DNA from: Octopus bimaculoides
Taxonomy: Eukaryota
Direction of reading: 5' to 3'
Length of the DNA: 64,000 bases
Assembly (NCBI RefSeq): GCF_001194135.2
Contig: NC_068999.1
Location: 3,993,277-4,057,276, forward strand
The notes under the pieces were generated by a model. The model had not been told where the DNA came from, searched no databases, and saw only the letters and a list, made by a program, of their open reading frames with translations. Position 1 is the first letter of the stretch. Every line of letters starts with the position of its first letter. This document shows positions 1-12,200 of the stretch, in pieces. A program made the position numbers and the translations under genes.

Positions 1-77
1 CTGATTCTGGGAGAGTTTCACGCCGCTAAAACTCACTAATTTCGCGCCAATTATCGATGTAATAATTAGTAATCGTT

Positions 78-143
78 AAGGCGGTGAGCTGGCAGAAACG
101 TTAGCACACCGGGCGAAATGCTTAGCGGTATTTCGTCTGTCTC
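78..143 (+). mobile_element. SINE family A, 5' head fragment
   Basis: aaggcggtgagctggcagaaacgttagcac...gcttagcggtatttcgtctg matches the copies at 31682, 40635 and 57178. Confidence 0.8.
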
Positions 144-145
144 AA

Positions 146-345
146 CGTACATATATATATGTATGTATGCATGTATATGCATATATACGACGGGCTCCTT
201 TCAGTTTCCGTCTACCAAATCCACTCCCAAGGCTTTGGTCGGCCAGAGGCTGTAGTAAAAGACACTTGCCCAAGGTGCTACGCAGTAGGACTGAACCCGG
301 AACTATGTGGTTGGGAAGCACATTTCTTATCACACAGCCACGTCT
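146..345 (-). mobile_element. CORE-type tRNA-derived SINE (family C), 5' part
   Basis: Near-identical to 51320-51494. The minus strand reads a tRNA-like head then ACCTTGGGCAAGTGTC, resembling the CORE domain. Confidence 0.8.
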
Positions 346-1829
346 GCGCCTACATCGCTAATTCTTTTGTTGTTCTTTATCAATTTCGTTATTTTCATTA
401 ATATTTCCTATGCGCAGGAGTGGCTGTGTAATAAGAACAGTTCTCCTTTCAGACACCAAATATTTAAGGTTATAATTGTTCAAGAGTAGTTTTAAACCCC
501 TTTTTTTTTTTTTTGCATGAAGTCAGTGAGCTTCAAAGCAAGTTTCTCAGAACTGACCTTTGCCCATAACTATGTCGCCAAAAGAAGAGAGGAAAATGAA
601 TCCTCGAAATTGACTGTATAAAATACAAATGGTCGAGTTGATTAGAGACTGGCTTCCTAACTTAAGGATCAATACTTCGAACCCCAACATAACTGCAGTA
701 TGCGCCAGGCAAAGTCAATTTGGCTGTAAAATAATCACTTTCTATAAAGAGACACAGTTTGCCCAGTGGCGCTTGTAGGGGCACTGTAATACGTGTATAT
801 TGCCTAACTCCACAGAATTGTATTGAGAAAATTACTATTTGTAAATCTCACAACGAGAGATATTCAGCAACAGTACTTTAGAATAAAGATTATTTGCCAA
901 CATAACATGACATTCTCGGATATTGTTTTGAGCTGAGTGGGGGTGCTGGATTCCCTTGTTCTAAAATATAAGGACAAAGATCGTGTCGTATAGCCAGCTG
1001 GAGACGATGTCTCCTGGGGCTAAATCACAGCAACAGTCGTCCTAAACCAGGACTGCCGTGTTATGTTGGCAAATAATCTTTACTCCAGAATTGTATTTGT
1101 TTCACTAGAAACTTATCTTTCTTGTATAACGTGGATGGTTGGAGTTCTTTGTTAAACTTTAGTCAGACTTTTGGTAAAGAACCTGAGTTCGAAATATTCA
1201 CCATGATGTGAAGAATATTCATGACATAAACGTCAACATGTTTTAACCAGGACGCGAAACCGCATCTCGGACACCGCAATAATTATAACAACATCTTATA
1301 ACTAAACAGAGCGATATAATGACTTCTTTGAATAAAAATTTCGCCAGACAGTCTATAAGAGTGATGATAATCACACCAGAGTTGGCAGACTGGTTGTCGT
1401 GGCCTATATCTGCATGAACCGTACTGGAAAAAAATTCTAAATAAACAAACATATGAAGATGAAGTTGACGCTCTTATTTTGGCATTTCTTTCTCTAATAA
1501 AAAAAATTATTTTTTAATCGCAGAAAAGTTAGTCATTTTAAAACCAAGCATCCATCTTTTGTGTTGTTCTACTGTCAGTCCTTAAATGGTTAACTTCGAA
1601 TGGTTCAACTCACTAACCGATTTACTGGCACCGGTTCCAATTATTGGAATATTTTATCAAATCATTTAATCTAATCCATAATATTTTCTTCTGTTGTGGC
1701 CAATAATTCACAGCAGACTAAGAGACAATCTCATCCTATTGCGTGGCACTTTGAGACAGTGGCGTCTGCCATAACCTCGGGTCCACCAATATCTTGTGCG
1801 TGAACTTTAAAATTTAGCAAATGAAACTG

Positions 1830-2330
1830 TGCAGAAGTCTTTCAAAGTGATTGTTTCTGATGTTCATTGGCAGAAGACTTCATCTTTGAACGACTGCAAC
1901 AGTGATATTTCATCTTGGCAATTATCTGATAGTCCCCTTGAGGGCGCAACCCCTTCGGTACCACTTTTCTATTCGACTCGTCCCTTTGTTTTTGATGCCC
2001 CTCATCTAATCTAAAAGACAACAGTTTCTTTCCTCTTTTGACGTTTTCTCATAGTTTTTGGACTCCCAGATTCTTCTTGTAAAGCATTGGTCAATATTTG
2101 TCCAAACCTGGTTACTTTTCTTTGGATTTAAACTCGAAACGCTGCCGAGACAACAAGGAAAACGTACATAAATCATATTGAACAGCATTTCCCCATGCTG
2201 CACCTCTACAACAACATGGACTGAGGCCATTTACGAACACTCGTCTCTGTTATCATTTTGCCCCTGGTAAAACCTAAACTGAGTCGACAATCCCAGCTGC
2301 CAACATTTCCGTCTCTTCTTCACTATTTGT
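1830..2330 (-). mobile_element. Decayed LINE (CR1/L2-like) RT C-terminal fragment
   Basis: Frameshifted remnants GIVDS, LFNMIYVRF, IDQCFTRRI and EISLLQSFKDEV resemble LGVxxDxxL, LYxxYVRP, ExVQRRFTRRI and SLxxFKxxL, in the expected order. Confidence 0.4.
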
Positions 2331-3194
2331 AACTAAATCATAAATGTCCTTTAAAAATATTTTATCTGTATTTAAGACGTTCAGTTGTGATTTAGTTGCT
2401 GTTTCTAGCAGTGCGAGCGACCACATAGAGGCTCACTTACTTTGACCTATATTTCACCATTGGTGTTTAGAGGAAGGTGAACTGTACCTCCCTCATTGTA
2501 CTTCGTTTACAATGACGTCACTGTACCTCCTCATGGTACCTCTGTACAGTTATATGGTCTGAGCCGTCAACAGACAAATGACTTCGTCATTAATACAGTT
2601 CAGCGTCGCTGGCGGAATTCGAACTTTGAGTCCTTAAATCCTTTTATAATGTCTACCAGCTGCGATACATAAAGGAAAAATAATTTACCAAAATATGTAA
2701 CTAATTACTTTCTCTAATTTACTGGCTGCTAATTATTTTAGTAAACAGTGCAATAATTGTGACTGCTTGAAACCTACATGGCCTCGTTTTTCCATTATTT
2801 TCAGAATAATTGCAGTCAAGTGTTTGTCGCACCCATTTGGCGAACAAAAAAACTGGGATGGAGTTTATTTAGTACGACCATAAATACATTTGGTATCGGG
2901 GATTTTAGTTGTTGATGATGTTGTTGTAAAGCCTGGAAGTTTTCAGGTCAGCCCCTGATTCAGGGGAACCATCATGTCATGTGGGTAACAAAAGAAACAA
3001 GAACTAGATATGGTCTGTAATGCCAGTGCTGATCCGATCACCAGACGTACAATGGTTTATCGTATGTAGTTCATAGTTGGTGAAGTAGTTATCTCCCTCT
3101 TTTAAATGTATCTATTGGACAAGATACTCTCTGTACAGCCAGGTATAACGGGACCCAGTTAAGTACTGAATCGATGACACCAACTATTCCTTGT

Positions 3195-3320
3195 CTCTAA
3201 AACCGCGGACAAAATACTTTGCGGTATTTCTTCGTTCGGACTCCTTACATTCTGAATTCAAATCCTGCCGAGACGAACTTTGCCTTTCGTCATTTCGAGA
3301 TCGATAAAATAAAGAACCAG
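3195..3320 (+). mobile_element. SINE family A fragment
   Basis: ctgaattcaaatcctgccgagacgaactttgcctttcgtcatttcgagatcgataaaat; same core as the other copies. Confidence 0.7.
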
Positions 3321-5067
3321 TGAAGACCCCTAAAAAATGCTGGCCTTCTGCCTTACTTTGAAACTACTACTTACAAACATTGTTTGACGAATTCGCTGTA
3401 TTCCATCTTTGTCTTCATAAAGTGTCCACACATTTCCAGAAACCAATGAAACGAGGAAACCTCACTTCTCCAATCTTTGCAAAAACAAAAAAAAAAAAAA
3501 AGGGAAATGAAGCCACAACTGAAACGGTGAGGGTGGGGTAGAAAAACGGTTGGATTAGTTGATAGGAAAATAGATTACGAATCGAAGGATCGAGTGTTCA
3601 TATTCCAGCGTGATGCTACGGTTACAACGAAGATTTAGCTACAATGATAAGTTGTTTGAAATATTTCCAAGAGGAATTGGTAACTCAACCTGGCTCCAGC
3701 TGGCTGTTTTTAAGACCCCTTTCTACCATAGATTACCAGTGTAACACCAAGAGTAGAGGATCGAATTCTACAGCCACCAATGCTTTTGTTCTAAATTAGA
3801 AGTAAATAAAATGTTGTTAGTCATTAGTTGTCTTCTAAACATGGCATTATATCGTCCCTGATCCACTTCTGACCTGACCTCATATCATCTAAGAACACAT
3901 ATAACCACTCAACAAGTATGAATTGAATTGCTTGTTGTGTGCAAGGTTCAAATCACTTTCGTTGTTAGTTGACTTGAAAAGCAACAAACAAGAGAGTAGG
4001 TGGACGAAAATATAAAAGTTAAGAAACGCTACATAGATCCTGCTTGCTTCAGATACGTCTTAATTAATGGGAAGAATGTCTAAAATCATTTATCTCTAAA
4101 GCAAAAAGATTGCTGACAATTAGTAAAACGAATCCTAGTTCATCGTTGACTGCGTTTATATTATACAGAACTCATTGAGGTCACTTTAATCACGGTTGAG
4201 CGGCTTGTTTTAATGACTGTGTGCGTGTGTGTATTTGTTGGGCGTTACGCAAGTCTTCTTAACTAGGTACTCGCTTCTGTCCTTAATCTATATGAATCTG
4301 AATTAGGCCAAACTACTAAGATCAAAGTGTTGATATTCTAAACCAAGAAGGGTTGTGTCTGCTGTGCACTGCTGCACCTCAACACAGCTACACAACCAGA
4401 AGAAATGGTTAACCTAATTATTAAATAAAAAAGTTAATGAACGAGAATTAAACCAACAAAAGATTTCCTTAACATACTTGGGTTCTATTTAACGTATTTC
4501 CCACCACCACCACTACCACTACTGCTATTAGCTATTTTTATAGACATCAATATCTTCAAGGTAAACTGTGTTGCTATTGACCTCGACACGTGGGAAGTTT
4601 TACCTTTTGAGTTTTGTTATTAACACAGCCTGCTGTCATTGTCATTGTTTGACCAACAAATGACATGACTCACCAATTTAATATACTTACATCAAATGTA
4701 AAACCTTTTTTTTTTATTATTAAAACATCTTTGTTAATGATAAAAGGAGTCGGACCAAATTTGACAGCAATACTAAATGTGATTCACCCACCTATATATA
4801 NNNNNNNNNNNNNNNNNNNNNNNNNNNNNNNNNNNNNNNNNNNNNNNNNNNNNNNNNNNNNNNNNNNNNNNNNNNNNNNNNNNNNNNNNNNNNNNNNNNN
4901 NNNNNNNNNNNNNNNNNNNNNNNNNNNNNNNNNNNNNNNNNNNNNNNNNNNNNNNNNNNNNNNNNNNNNNNNNNNNNNNNNNNNNNNNNNNNNNNNNNNN
5001 NNNNNNNNNNNNNNNNNNNNNNNNNNNNNNNNNNNNNNNNNNNNNNNNNNNNNNNNNNNNNNNNNNN

Positions 5068-5099
<32 letters not shown>

Positions 5100-6619
5100 C
5101 CTAAAATGCAGGGGCCGACAAATAATAGGCACTCACACTTATTATTATTAGGCAACTTTGTAGGACAGAGGTGTAGATTATGGGATTGATTTGTGGTGGA
5201 CCACCACTTCTACTGGACTCTTGTGGTGGACATGTGTGTAGGCTAAGGTTTGTTATGTAGGACAAGAGCTGGTAGACAAGGGTTGTTGACCAGAAAGTCT
5301 TATTTAGGACTTATTGTGAAAGTGGGTCTAGACTGAGGTACTGAATTAGGACTCGTATGGGACTAGGACTACTTGTGTGGCGATGACAAACAGCAAGTCA
5401 ACTGAGAAAGACAGAATGAGTAGAGTGAAGTCAGACACCATGAAACAACCTACATAATTTTTCCAGAACATTTTAAAGTAAAACAATAAAATAAAAATAT
5501 GTTCTGGATGAATGTCACTAAGTTATTAAATGATGCCCGTTTTGTGGCGGTGGTGGTGGCCGCGGTGGTTGTAAACTAGATCCACTATACTATCAAGGAG
5601 TGACTAGTGTTAAGATTATAATGTTGTATACATGGATGGCATCATAATCGTTGAGAGCCGAGTTAAATCTTTTACATAATTTCACGAGTTCAAATCCCAG
5701 CAGAGACGACGTTTGCCTTTCAACACTCCACAACTGATACTCTAACAGTAATATTCAGTCGTAGATCCAATCGATCTTACAATTGAACTACAAGTAAAGG
5801 CATGAACATCACAGGGCCGTTCCTTTGTCATACTTTACGGGTCGTATTTGTCTTTGTGGCTCAATAACACGTTTTTTTTTTCTCTGTGTCTGAACTACAA
5901 GCCCTGGTTGACCGCCCCATTCTTATACTACAAGTCTTATTCCACCACCCTGGGCCGCCACTCCGGTCCTATAAGCTTATGTGGTTGTGTGACAGGTTGC
6001 AATGTGTCCCTTAGAAACACGGTCGAATTACATGACTCTGGGGGATTATATGCGTGTGCGTATGTGCGTACCTGTACGTGTGAACATATATGTATTTGTA
6101 GGTGTCCGTGTATGTGTGTACGTCCACATGTGTGAACGTATGTGTGTGTGTGCTTGTGTGTACGTGTGCACGTGTGACCGCGTGTGTGTGTCTGTATAAG
6201 TGTGCATGCGTGAGCATATCTCTATGAGAGTGAGTAGGTGTACGTGTGTGAACGTGTGTATGTGTGTACGTGTCTGTCGGTGTATGTGCATGTGTGTGTG
6301 CGTGCATGTGCGTGTGTGTGTCTGTGTGCATGTACGTGTGTGTAGTTTTGTGTGTATGTGTGCATGTGTGTGGTTGGGTGTGAGTGCATGTGTGTGTGTG
6401 TGTACATACTTCTACTTGTCGCTCTGTGCCATCTATGACAACAGAAAGAAAACGGGCTGGTTTCAGATAATCTGATCCTTTCGAAATGGGATGGTGCCAA
6501 GGGAGGCCACTCTAACTTGATTCACTACAGAAGTGATCCAGTATCAACCTCAGCAAAACAGCTGCTGCTACTACTACTACTACTACCCGAAGAAATACCG
6601 TAAAGCATTTTGTCCGACG

Positions 6620-6935
6620 CTCGAGCTTGTAGAATCGTCAGAGCGTCGGAACACTATGCTTTGCTTTATTTGTTTGCGCTCTTAACGTTTCGAGTTCAAA
6701 TCCTGCCGTAGTCAATTTTGCTTTTCATCCCTTCGGGGTTGATAAAATAAAATAAAACATCTAATTCTTGAGTCCATGGTATCGGCAAAGACCCTCCCCT
6801 CTAAATTCTAAGCCTCCTACCTTGCTCGAGCTACCGGTGAGCTGACAGAATCGTTGCCACCCCGGACAAAATGCTTAGCGGCATTTCATCCATCTGAACT
6901 TTTTGAGTTGAGATTCCGCCGAGGTCGACTTTTGA
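6620..6935 (+). mobile_element. Two tandem SINE family A copies
   Basis: B-box-like gagttcaaatcc plus ttttcatcccttcggggttgataaaa. A second head, ggtgagctgacagaatcgtt, starts at about 6835. Confidence 0.7.
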
Positions 6936-7049
6936 AAAGGATGTAGCTGTTATTTCTAGCATTAAGGTTACTAGGTAAAGGCGATGGTTTGCAATCGATT
7001 TTTCCAACCCTCAGTAAGTTTATTAATGGTATTTCATTTTTTTTTTTTA

Positions 7050-7155
7050 CCACGGGGGAATGAAAGGCAAATTTGCACACGCTGGGATTTGAACTCGGAA
7101 TGGAAAAGAAACGAGAGTAACGCAAAACATCTCGTTCGACGCTCTAATGATTCTG
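7050..7155 (-). mobile_element. SINE family A fragment, inverted relative to 6620-6935
   Basis: gaatgaaaggcaaa...ggatttgaactcggaat...cgacgctctaatgattctg is the reverse complement of the family A head and core. Confidence 0.65.
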
Positions 7156-7712
7156 TTTATCAAGTCTCCTCGTTGCAGCGGAGGTGGCGGCGGCGGCGGC
7201 GGCGGCGGCGGTGGTGGTGGTGAAGAGAGGAAGTAGTGAGGCTGGGTGAGAGAGAAACAAGTTTTTATCTATTTTAAGCTTTCCTGTTGAATATATAATT
7301 CTTTGTTTCTATGGTAACACACGCACACACACACACANNNNNNNNNNNNNNNNNNNNNNNNNNNNNNNNNNNNNNNNNNNNNNNNNNNNNNNNNNNNNNN
7401 NNNNNNNNNNNNNNNNNNNNNNNNNNNNNNNNNNNNNNNNNNNNNNNNNNNNNNNNNNNNNNNNNNNNNNNNNNNNNNNNNNNNNNNNNNNNNNNNNNNN
7501 NNNNNNNNNNNNNNNNNNNNNNNNNNNNNNNNNNNNNNNNNNNNNNNNNNNNNNNNNNNNNNNNNNNNNNNNNNNNNNNNNNNNNNNNNNNNNNNNNNNN
7601 NNNNNNNNNNNNNNNNNNNNNNNNNGTGTGTGTTTATACATGTATATTTGTATGCATATATATATATACGTGTTCGCGCGCATTCGCGATGAGCATGTGT
7701 GCGTACACACAC

Positions 7713-7748
<36 letters not shown>

Positions 7749-8111
7749 ACACTCTCTCTCTCTCGCTCTCCTTCTCTCTCTCTCAGTCTCTCTCACACAC
7801 ACGCATCCTGCCAAAGTCACTAGGACTAGCAAAAGACGAGATCCTACATAAACACCAGAGGCATGCTTCTATGTATTCCGTACTTCAACCTATCCACACG
7901 CTTCAGTGCACCTCGATTTCACTTCTCAGTGCTCTAGTCACGATGTCATTCCCAACACCACCACCTCCATCACTCCGTTACCGTCGACACCACCATTTAG
8001 CAAACTAAACTCCTCCAACATTCGTTTTGCCGGCCCACGACGGGATTTCTTCGTGCTCGCTCGATCTTTCTAGAAAATAGTAGCAGTGTTCCCTCAAATT
8101 ACTCTCAAGCA

Positions 8112-8680
8112 CAGGGGTTCTCTACCATTTTTTTTTATCTAGGGACCCCTTTGATTACTATTCTATCCTGGTCGACCCTCATAGCTATTCGATGTTTAAA
8201 ACTAGTCTTATACAAACTTCATTCAAACTTTCTAGTTTGTTTTTCTCGCGTTAACTTGTGTCGGTTGAACTGTGCAAAATGTTAGAGGAAGAAACCTAGC
8301 TGTTTCTTGCAACACATACCAATACAGTAATTCCTCGACTATCGCGGGTGTTACGTTCCCAAATCCCGCGCGATAGGTGAAAATCCGCGAAGTAGAAACA
8401 GTTTAATACTGTATATATTTTTTTAATCATTTCTATAATTTGTATATATTTATTTTGTTATAAATGCAAAACAACACCACGGAGGAATCGACATAAGTTC
8501 AAATAATAAACCACGATAAGTGAACCGCGATGTGGCGAGGGATTATTGTACTTATATTTAAAGCCAATTTTTTTCAGGGACCTTTAAAATAGTATTGTGG
8601 ATCTTCTGTTAATTATTTTGTGGTGTGGAACCCCCAAAACCTTATAGGGGCCTTCAGGGGCTATATGGACCCTCGTTGAG
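8112..8680. mobile_element. hAT-like MITE, interrupted by a nested element, with its right end in a gap
   Basis: Left end CAGGGGTTCTCTACC. The right side ends ggaccctcgttgag at the gap, consistent with the start of a ...GTTGAGAACCCCTG TIR. TSD not visible. Confidence 0.5.
8325..8548. mobile_element. pogo/Tigger-like MITE
   Basis: TA|CAGTAATTCCTCGACTATCGCGG ... CCGCGATGTGGCGAGGGATTATTG|TA: imperfect TIRs of about 23 bp with TA duplication. Confidence 0.8.
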
Positions 8681-9778
8681 NNNNNNNNNNNNNNNNNNNN
8701 NNNNNNNNNNNNNNNNNNNNNNNNNNNNNNNNNNNNNNNNNNNNNNNNNNNNNNNNNNNNNNNNNNNNNNNNNNNNNNNNNNNNNNNNNNNNNNNNNNNN
8801 NNNNNNNNNNNNNNNNNNNNNNNNNNNNNNNNNNNNNNNNNNNNNNNNNNNNNNNNNNNNNNNNNNNNNNNNNNNNNNNNNNNNNNNNNNNNNNNNNNNN
8901 NNNNNNNNNNNNNNNNNNNNNNNNNNNNNNNNNNNNNNNNNNNNNNNNNNNNNNNNNNNNNNNNNNNNNNNNNNNNNNNNNNNNNNNNNNNNNNNNNNNN
9001 NNNNNNNNNNNNNNNNNNNNNNNNNNNNNNNNNNNNNNNNNNNNNNNNNNNNNNNNNNNNNNNNNNNNNNNNNNNNNNNNNNNNNNNNNNNNNNNNNNNN
9101 NNNNNNNNNNNNNNNNNNNNNNNNNNNNNNNNNNNNNNNNNNNNNNNNNNNNNNNNNNNNNNNNNNNNNNNNNNNNNNNNNNNNNNNNNNNNNNNNNNNN
9201 NNNNNNNNNNNNNNNNNNNNNNNNNNNNNNNNNNNNNNNNNNNNNNNNNNNNNNNNNNNNNNNNNNNNNNNNNNNNNNNNNNNNNNNNNNNNNNNNNNNN
9301 NNNNNNNNNNNNNNNNNNNNNNNNNNNNNNNNNNNNNNNNNNNNNNNNNNNNNNNNNNNNNNNNNNNNNNNNNNNNNNNNNNNNNNNNNNNNNNNNNNNN
9401 NNNNNNNNNNNNNNNNNNNNNNNNNNNNNNNNNNNNNNNNNNNNNNNNNNNNNNNNNNNNNNNNNNNNNNNNNNNNNNNNNNNNNNNACCACCACCACCA
9501 CCACCACTTCAGCAATTACGTTATCCTCGACTACCACCACCACCACCACCACCGTCACCACCAGCAGCGGCAGCAGCAGCAGCCATTAGCTATGTCATTC
9601 AGAGCCCCACCTACTGTCAGAGTTTACATGTGAAAGCAACTGCAACACAAATGCGCGGAAGATTGTGTGTCATGTTGGAAACTTAAAGAAACTTCACTTC
9701 CAGCGCCACTGGTCCGTCCATTAAACCTGGATATTTCCCCTGGACCGGTATCTGTCGGTTATCTCTGGACACTCGACT

Positions 9779-9809
9779 ATGAGCAAAAAGCCGAACTTTT
9801 TCAAAAACG
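9779..9809 (+). CDS. Candidate first coding exon of the anoctamin gene (MSKKPNFFKN + G)
   Basis: ATG at 9779 with A at -3. In-frame upstream TAA at 9722-9724. Ten codons plus 1 nt, then donor CG|GTATGT at 9810. The phase-1 end joins 25814 in frame (G+CA=Ala). No homology evidence for the peptide. Confidence 0.55.
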
Positions 9810-10489
9810 GTATGTTTACTTTCTCCTGTTACGACAGCGACTGACAGTTCTAGCGGTTTTTGGAGGGTGCTCTCACCCTGGTAGTAGTTGATTGAGGGTG
9901 ACCTTTGACTTGTAGGGCGAGAGGTACGAGTTGAGTGACCTCTCAAATTTGTGGCTGGGTTGTTGAGAGTGACTTTTGACTGGTAGGGAAAACGTATTAG
10001 CTGAGGGTACCCTCAAACGGGTTTAAAGTGGGTACTAGTTGATGGATGGTGAATTTACACGAGTATGGAAGAGGTATTAATCGAGGGTGCCCACAAGCTG
10101 GTAGGAAATGGGTACTAATTGAGGGCTGACCACATAGATGGAGGAAGAGATACTGGTCCACTGATGCCGTAAACTGGTTGGGTTGTACAAGTTAAGCGAG
10201 CTTTCTAACAGGGTTGTACTTGTTGAGGGCGACCCTAAACAGGACTGTACTGAGGGTTCGATGGGGTTTCTTTATGTTGTGTTGTTGCTGTTGTTTAACT
10301 TCCAGTGGGTTTTGAATGAACTGATCTAAGTTGAAAGGCATTCCCGCCACGACCATTCCGTCTATAATTTATTCAGACATAGAATCAACAACTACCTCTC
10401 GTGTCCTTCTTTTAAAATGTGATTTATTGTTGTTGTTCTTCTTGTAGTCTGGTATCCCATGATACGTTCCCCGGTATTGTTGTTGTTGT

Positions 10490-10650
10490 TGTTTAACCCT
10501 TGGTCAGCCTATGAAAAGCAGGCGCTCTAACAGTGACCATCCTGTCTTTTTTTCCAGGCAAGGTGAAACCAGGATCATATTATTCATTGTCTTTTTTTTT
10601 TTAAGATGATAGGGTGTGATTTGAGGGAGATTTGGCTGTTATTTCTAGAG
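10490..10650 (+). mobile_element. Dispersed repeat family F (class undetermined)
   Basis: tgtttaacccyaggtcagcc...gaccatcc...gtgtgatttgagggagatttggctgytatttctag. Related pieces at about 2390, 2940, 11070, 17460-17615, 17750-17920 (minus), 18470-18625, 19940, 28620 and 35870. Confidence 0.7.
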
Positions 10651-11600
10651 GGAAAATTCTTCGTTAGTTTGTATCGCCGATGTTGATATCAGAAAGTACT
10701 TGAGTTGTTGTTGTTGCTGTTGTTGTTGTTGCTGTTGTTGTTGTTACTGTTGTTGTTGTTACTGTTGTTTGTCTTTCACTCGTTTTGCGCATTTACTCGG
10801 GAAAACTCTAAAACTCTGCTCACACACTATGCCCCCACACCCCACACGCCTTCTTCCCTATCTTACCCTTTTTATCTTTTAATCTTCTGCCTCCCCTCTA
10901 CCTTCTTCCCCTCCTCTCCTAATTCTCTTACTCCCCTTTCCCCTCTCTGTCTTTTCTTCACCTCTCTCATCTCCCCGCCTCCTTATCTCTCAACCCTCAA
11001 CATTTCTTAAAACGACAATTATCTAAACTCCATTTCCTTTACCAAATCACTATAAGATATGATTTTAAGGAGATTTGGCTGTTATTTCCTGCAGTTTTGT
11101 TGACGATATTAATACTCCTTCGTCACCTAATTGAGTACCAGTAATATACGGAATTAGAATTTAATCGCTTCTGTTCCTTCCACAAAAAAAGTGTGGTTTA
11201 CGTTTAAAATTAGAGAAATTATTATTATTGAGTGAGAGAGCAGGGCATGTTGTCAAGGTGACACTGGGGTACAAATATATGAAGCCCAGTATACCCATCA
11301 TGACTACCCGTCTGATAAGGGTACACCAGGCACATGCATCACAACCATGTGTGCGTGACATGTCTCCACAAAAGAATTATCCAAACCCCAGAGAATTCCT
11401 CTCAGCACATGGCCATGATTGCTCCCCCACTACTTCTGCTCCTGATCAGAGATGCACATATCGTCAGCCACTAAGGGACATGCTCAACTGGTTAAGGTCA
11501 AACACTGGTTAAGGACAAGCAACTCTGTGGTATTAAGCTGGGTATTTGCTGTAGCCCGTCTTTTACTCCAAAACAGAACATGCATTTGACAGCACCTCTA

Positions 11601-11832
11601 TTGGGTTGGTGCATAGTTATTGTGGTTTCAACAAAAACAATAACAATATTCAACAAAAACATCTTTAAATGACAGTCTGACCATCTGCCAAGCAAATGGG
11701 AGGCAGTAATTGAAGTAGATGGTGACTATGCTCCGGAATAATCATTTAAAGATGTTTTTGCTACATGTTGTTATTATTTTTGTTGAATAAAATTTGTTGA
11801 AAAAAAACCGCAATAATTATGCCCCAACTCAA
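11601..11832 (+). mobile_element. mariner-derived MITE retaining the transposase C-terminus (LPSKWEAVIEVDGDYAPE*, 11685-11741)
   Basis: TA|TTGGGTTGGTGCATAGTTATTGTGGTTT ... AAACCGCAATAATTATGCCCCAACTCAA|TA, similar to Hsmar/MADE1-type TIRs. The peptide resembles the mariner C-terminal LPxRWxxVIxxxGxY. Confidence 0.85.
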
Positions 11833-11944
11833 TAATTAGTTAGGATCAGAAGCCATGAGAGTCACTCCTTGATAATGCATCAGAGCAGTTATTATTATTA
11901 CTATTATCATTGCTGCTGCTGCTGCTGCTACTACTACTACTATG

Positions 11945-12200
11945 GTGAGATGTCAGAATCGTTAGAGCATCGGGAAACAACACCTTGTAGTCTTCATTCT
12001 GAGTTCAAATATCGTCGAGGTCAGCTTCTGTCAACCTTTCGGGGTCGATAAAATGCATATCGACTAACCCCCTCCCCCAGAATTGCTGGCCTCGTGCCAA
12101 AATTTGAAACTTGTCTTTAATACTGTCCTTGATATTCTGTTGGGGTCGATTTCCTCTGTCTTCATTTTCGAGGGTCGATAAGATAAGTATTAGGGGTTCG
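11945..12200 (+). mobile_element. SINE family A copy with internal partial duplication
   Basis: ggtgagatgtcagaatcgttag...ctgagttcaaat...ggggtcgataaa; the ggggtcgat module occurs three times. Confidence 0.7.

Noticed and set aside
9860-10262. CRISPR interpretation of this and the other arrays (39230, 54084, 62261)
   Set aside because: Eukaryotic context, no cas genes, and repeats that are either too degenerate or have no unique spacers.
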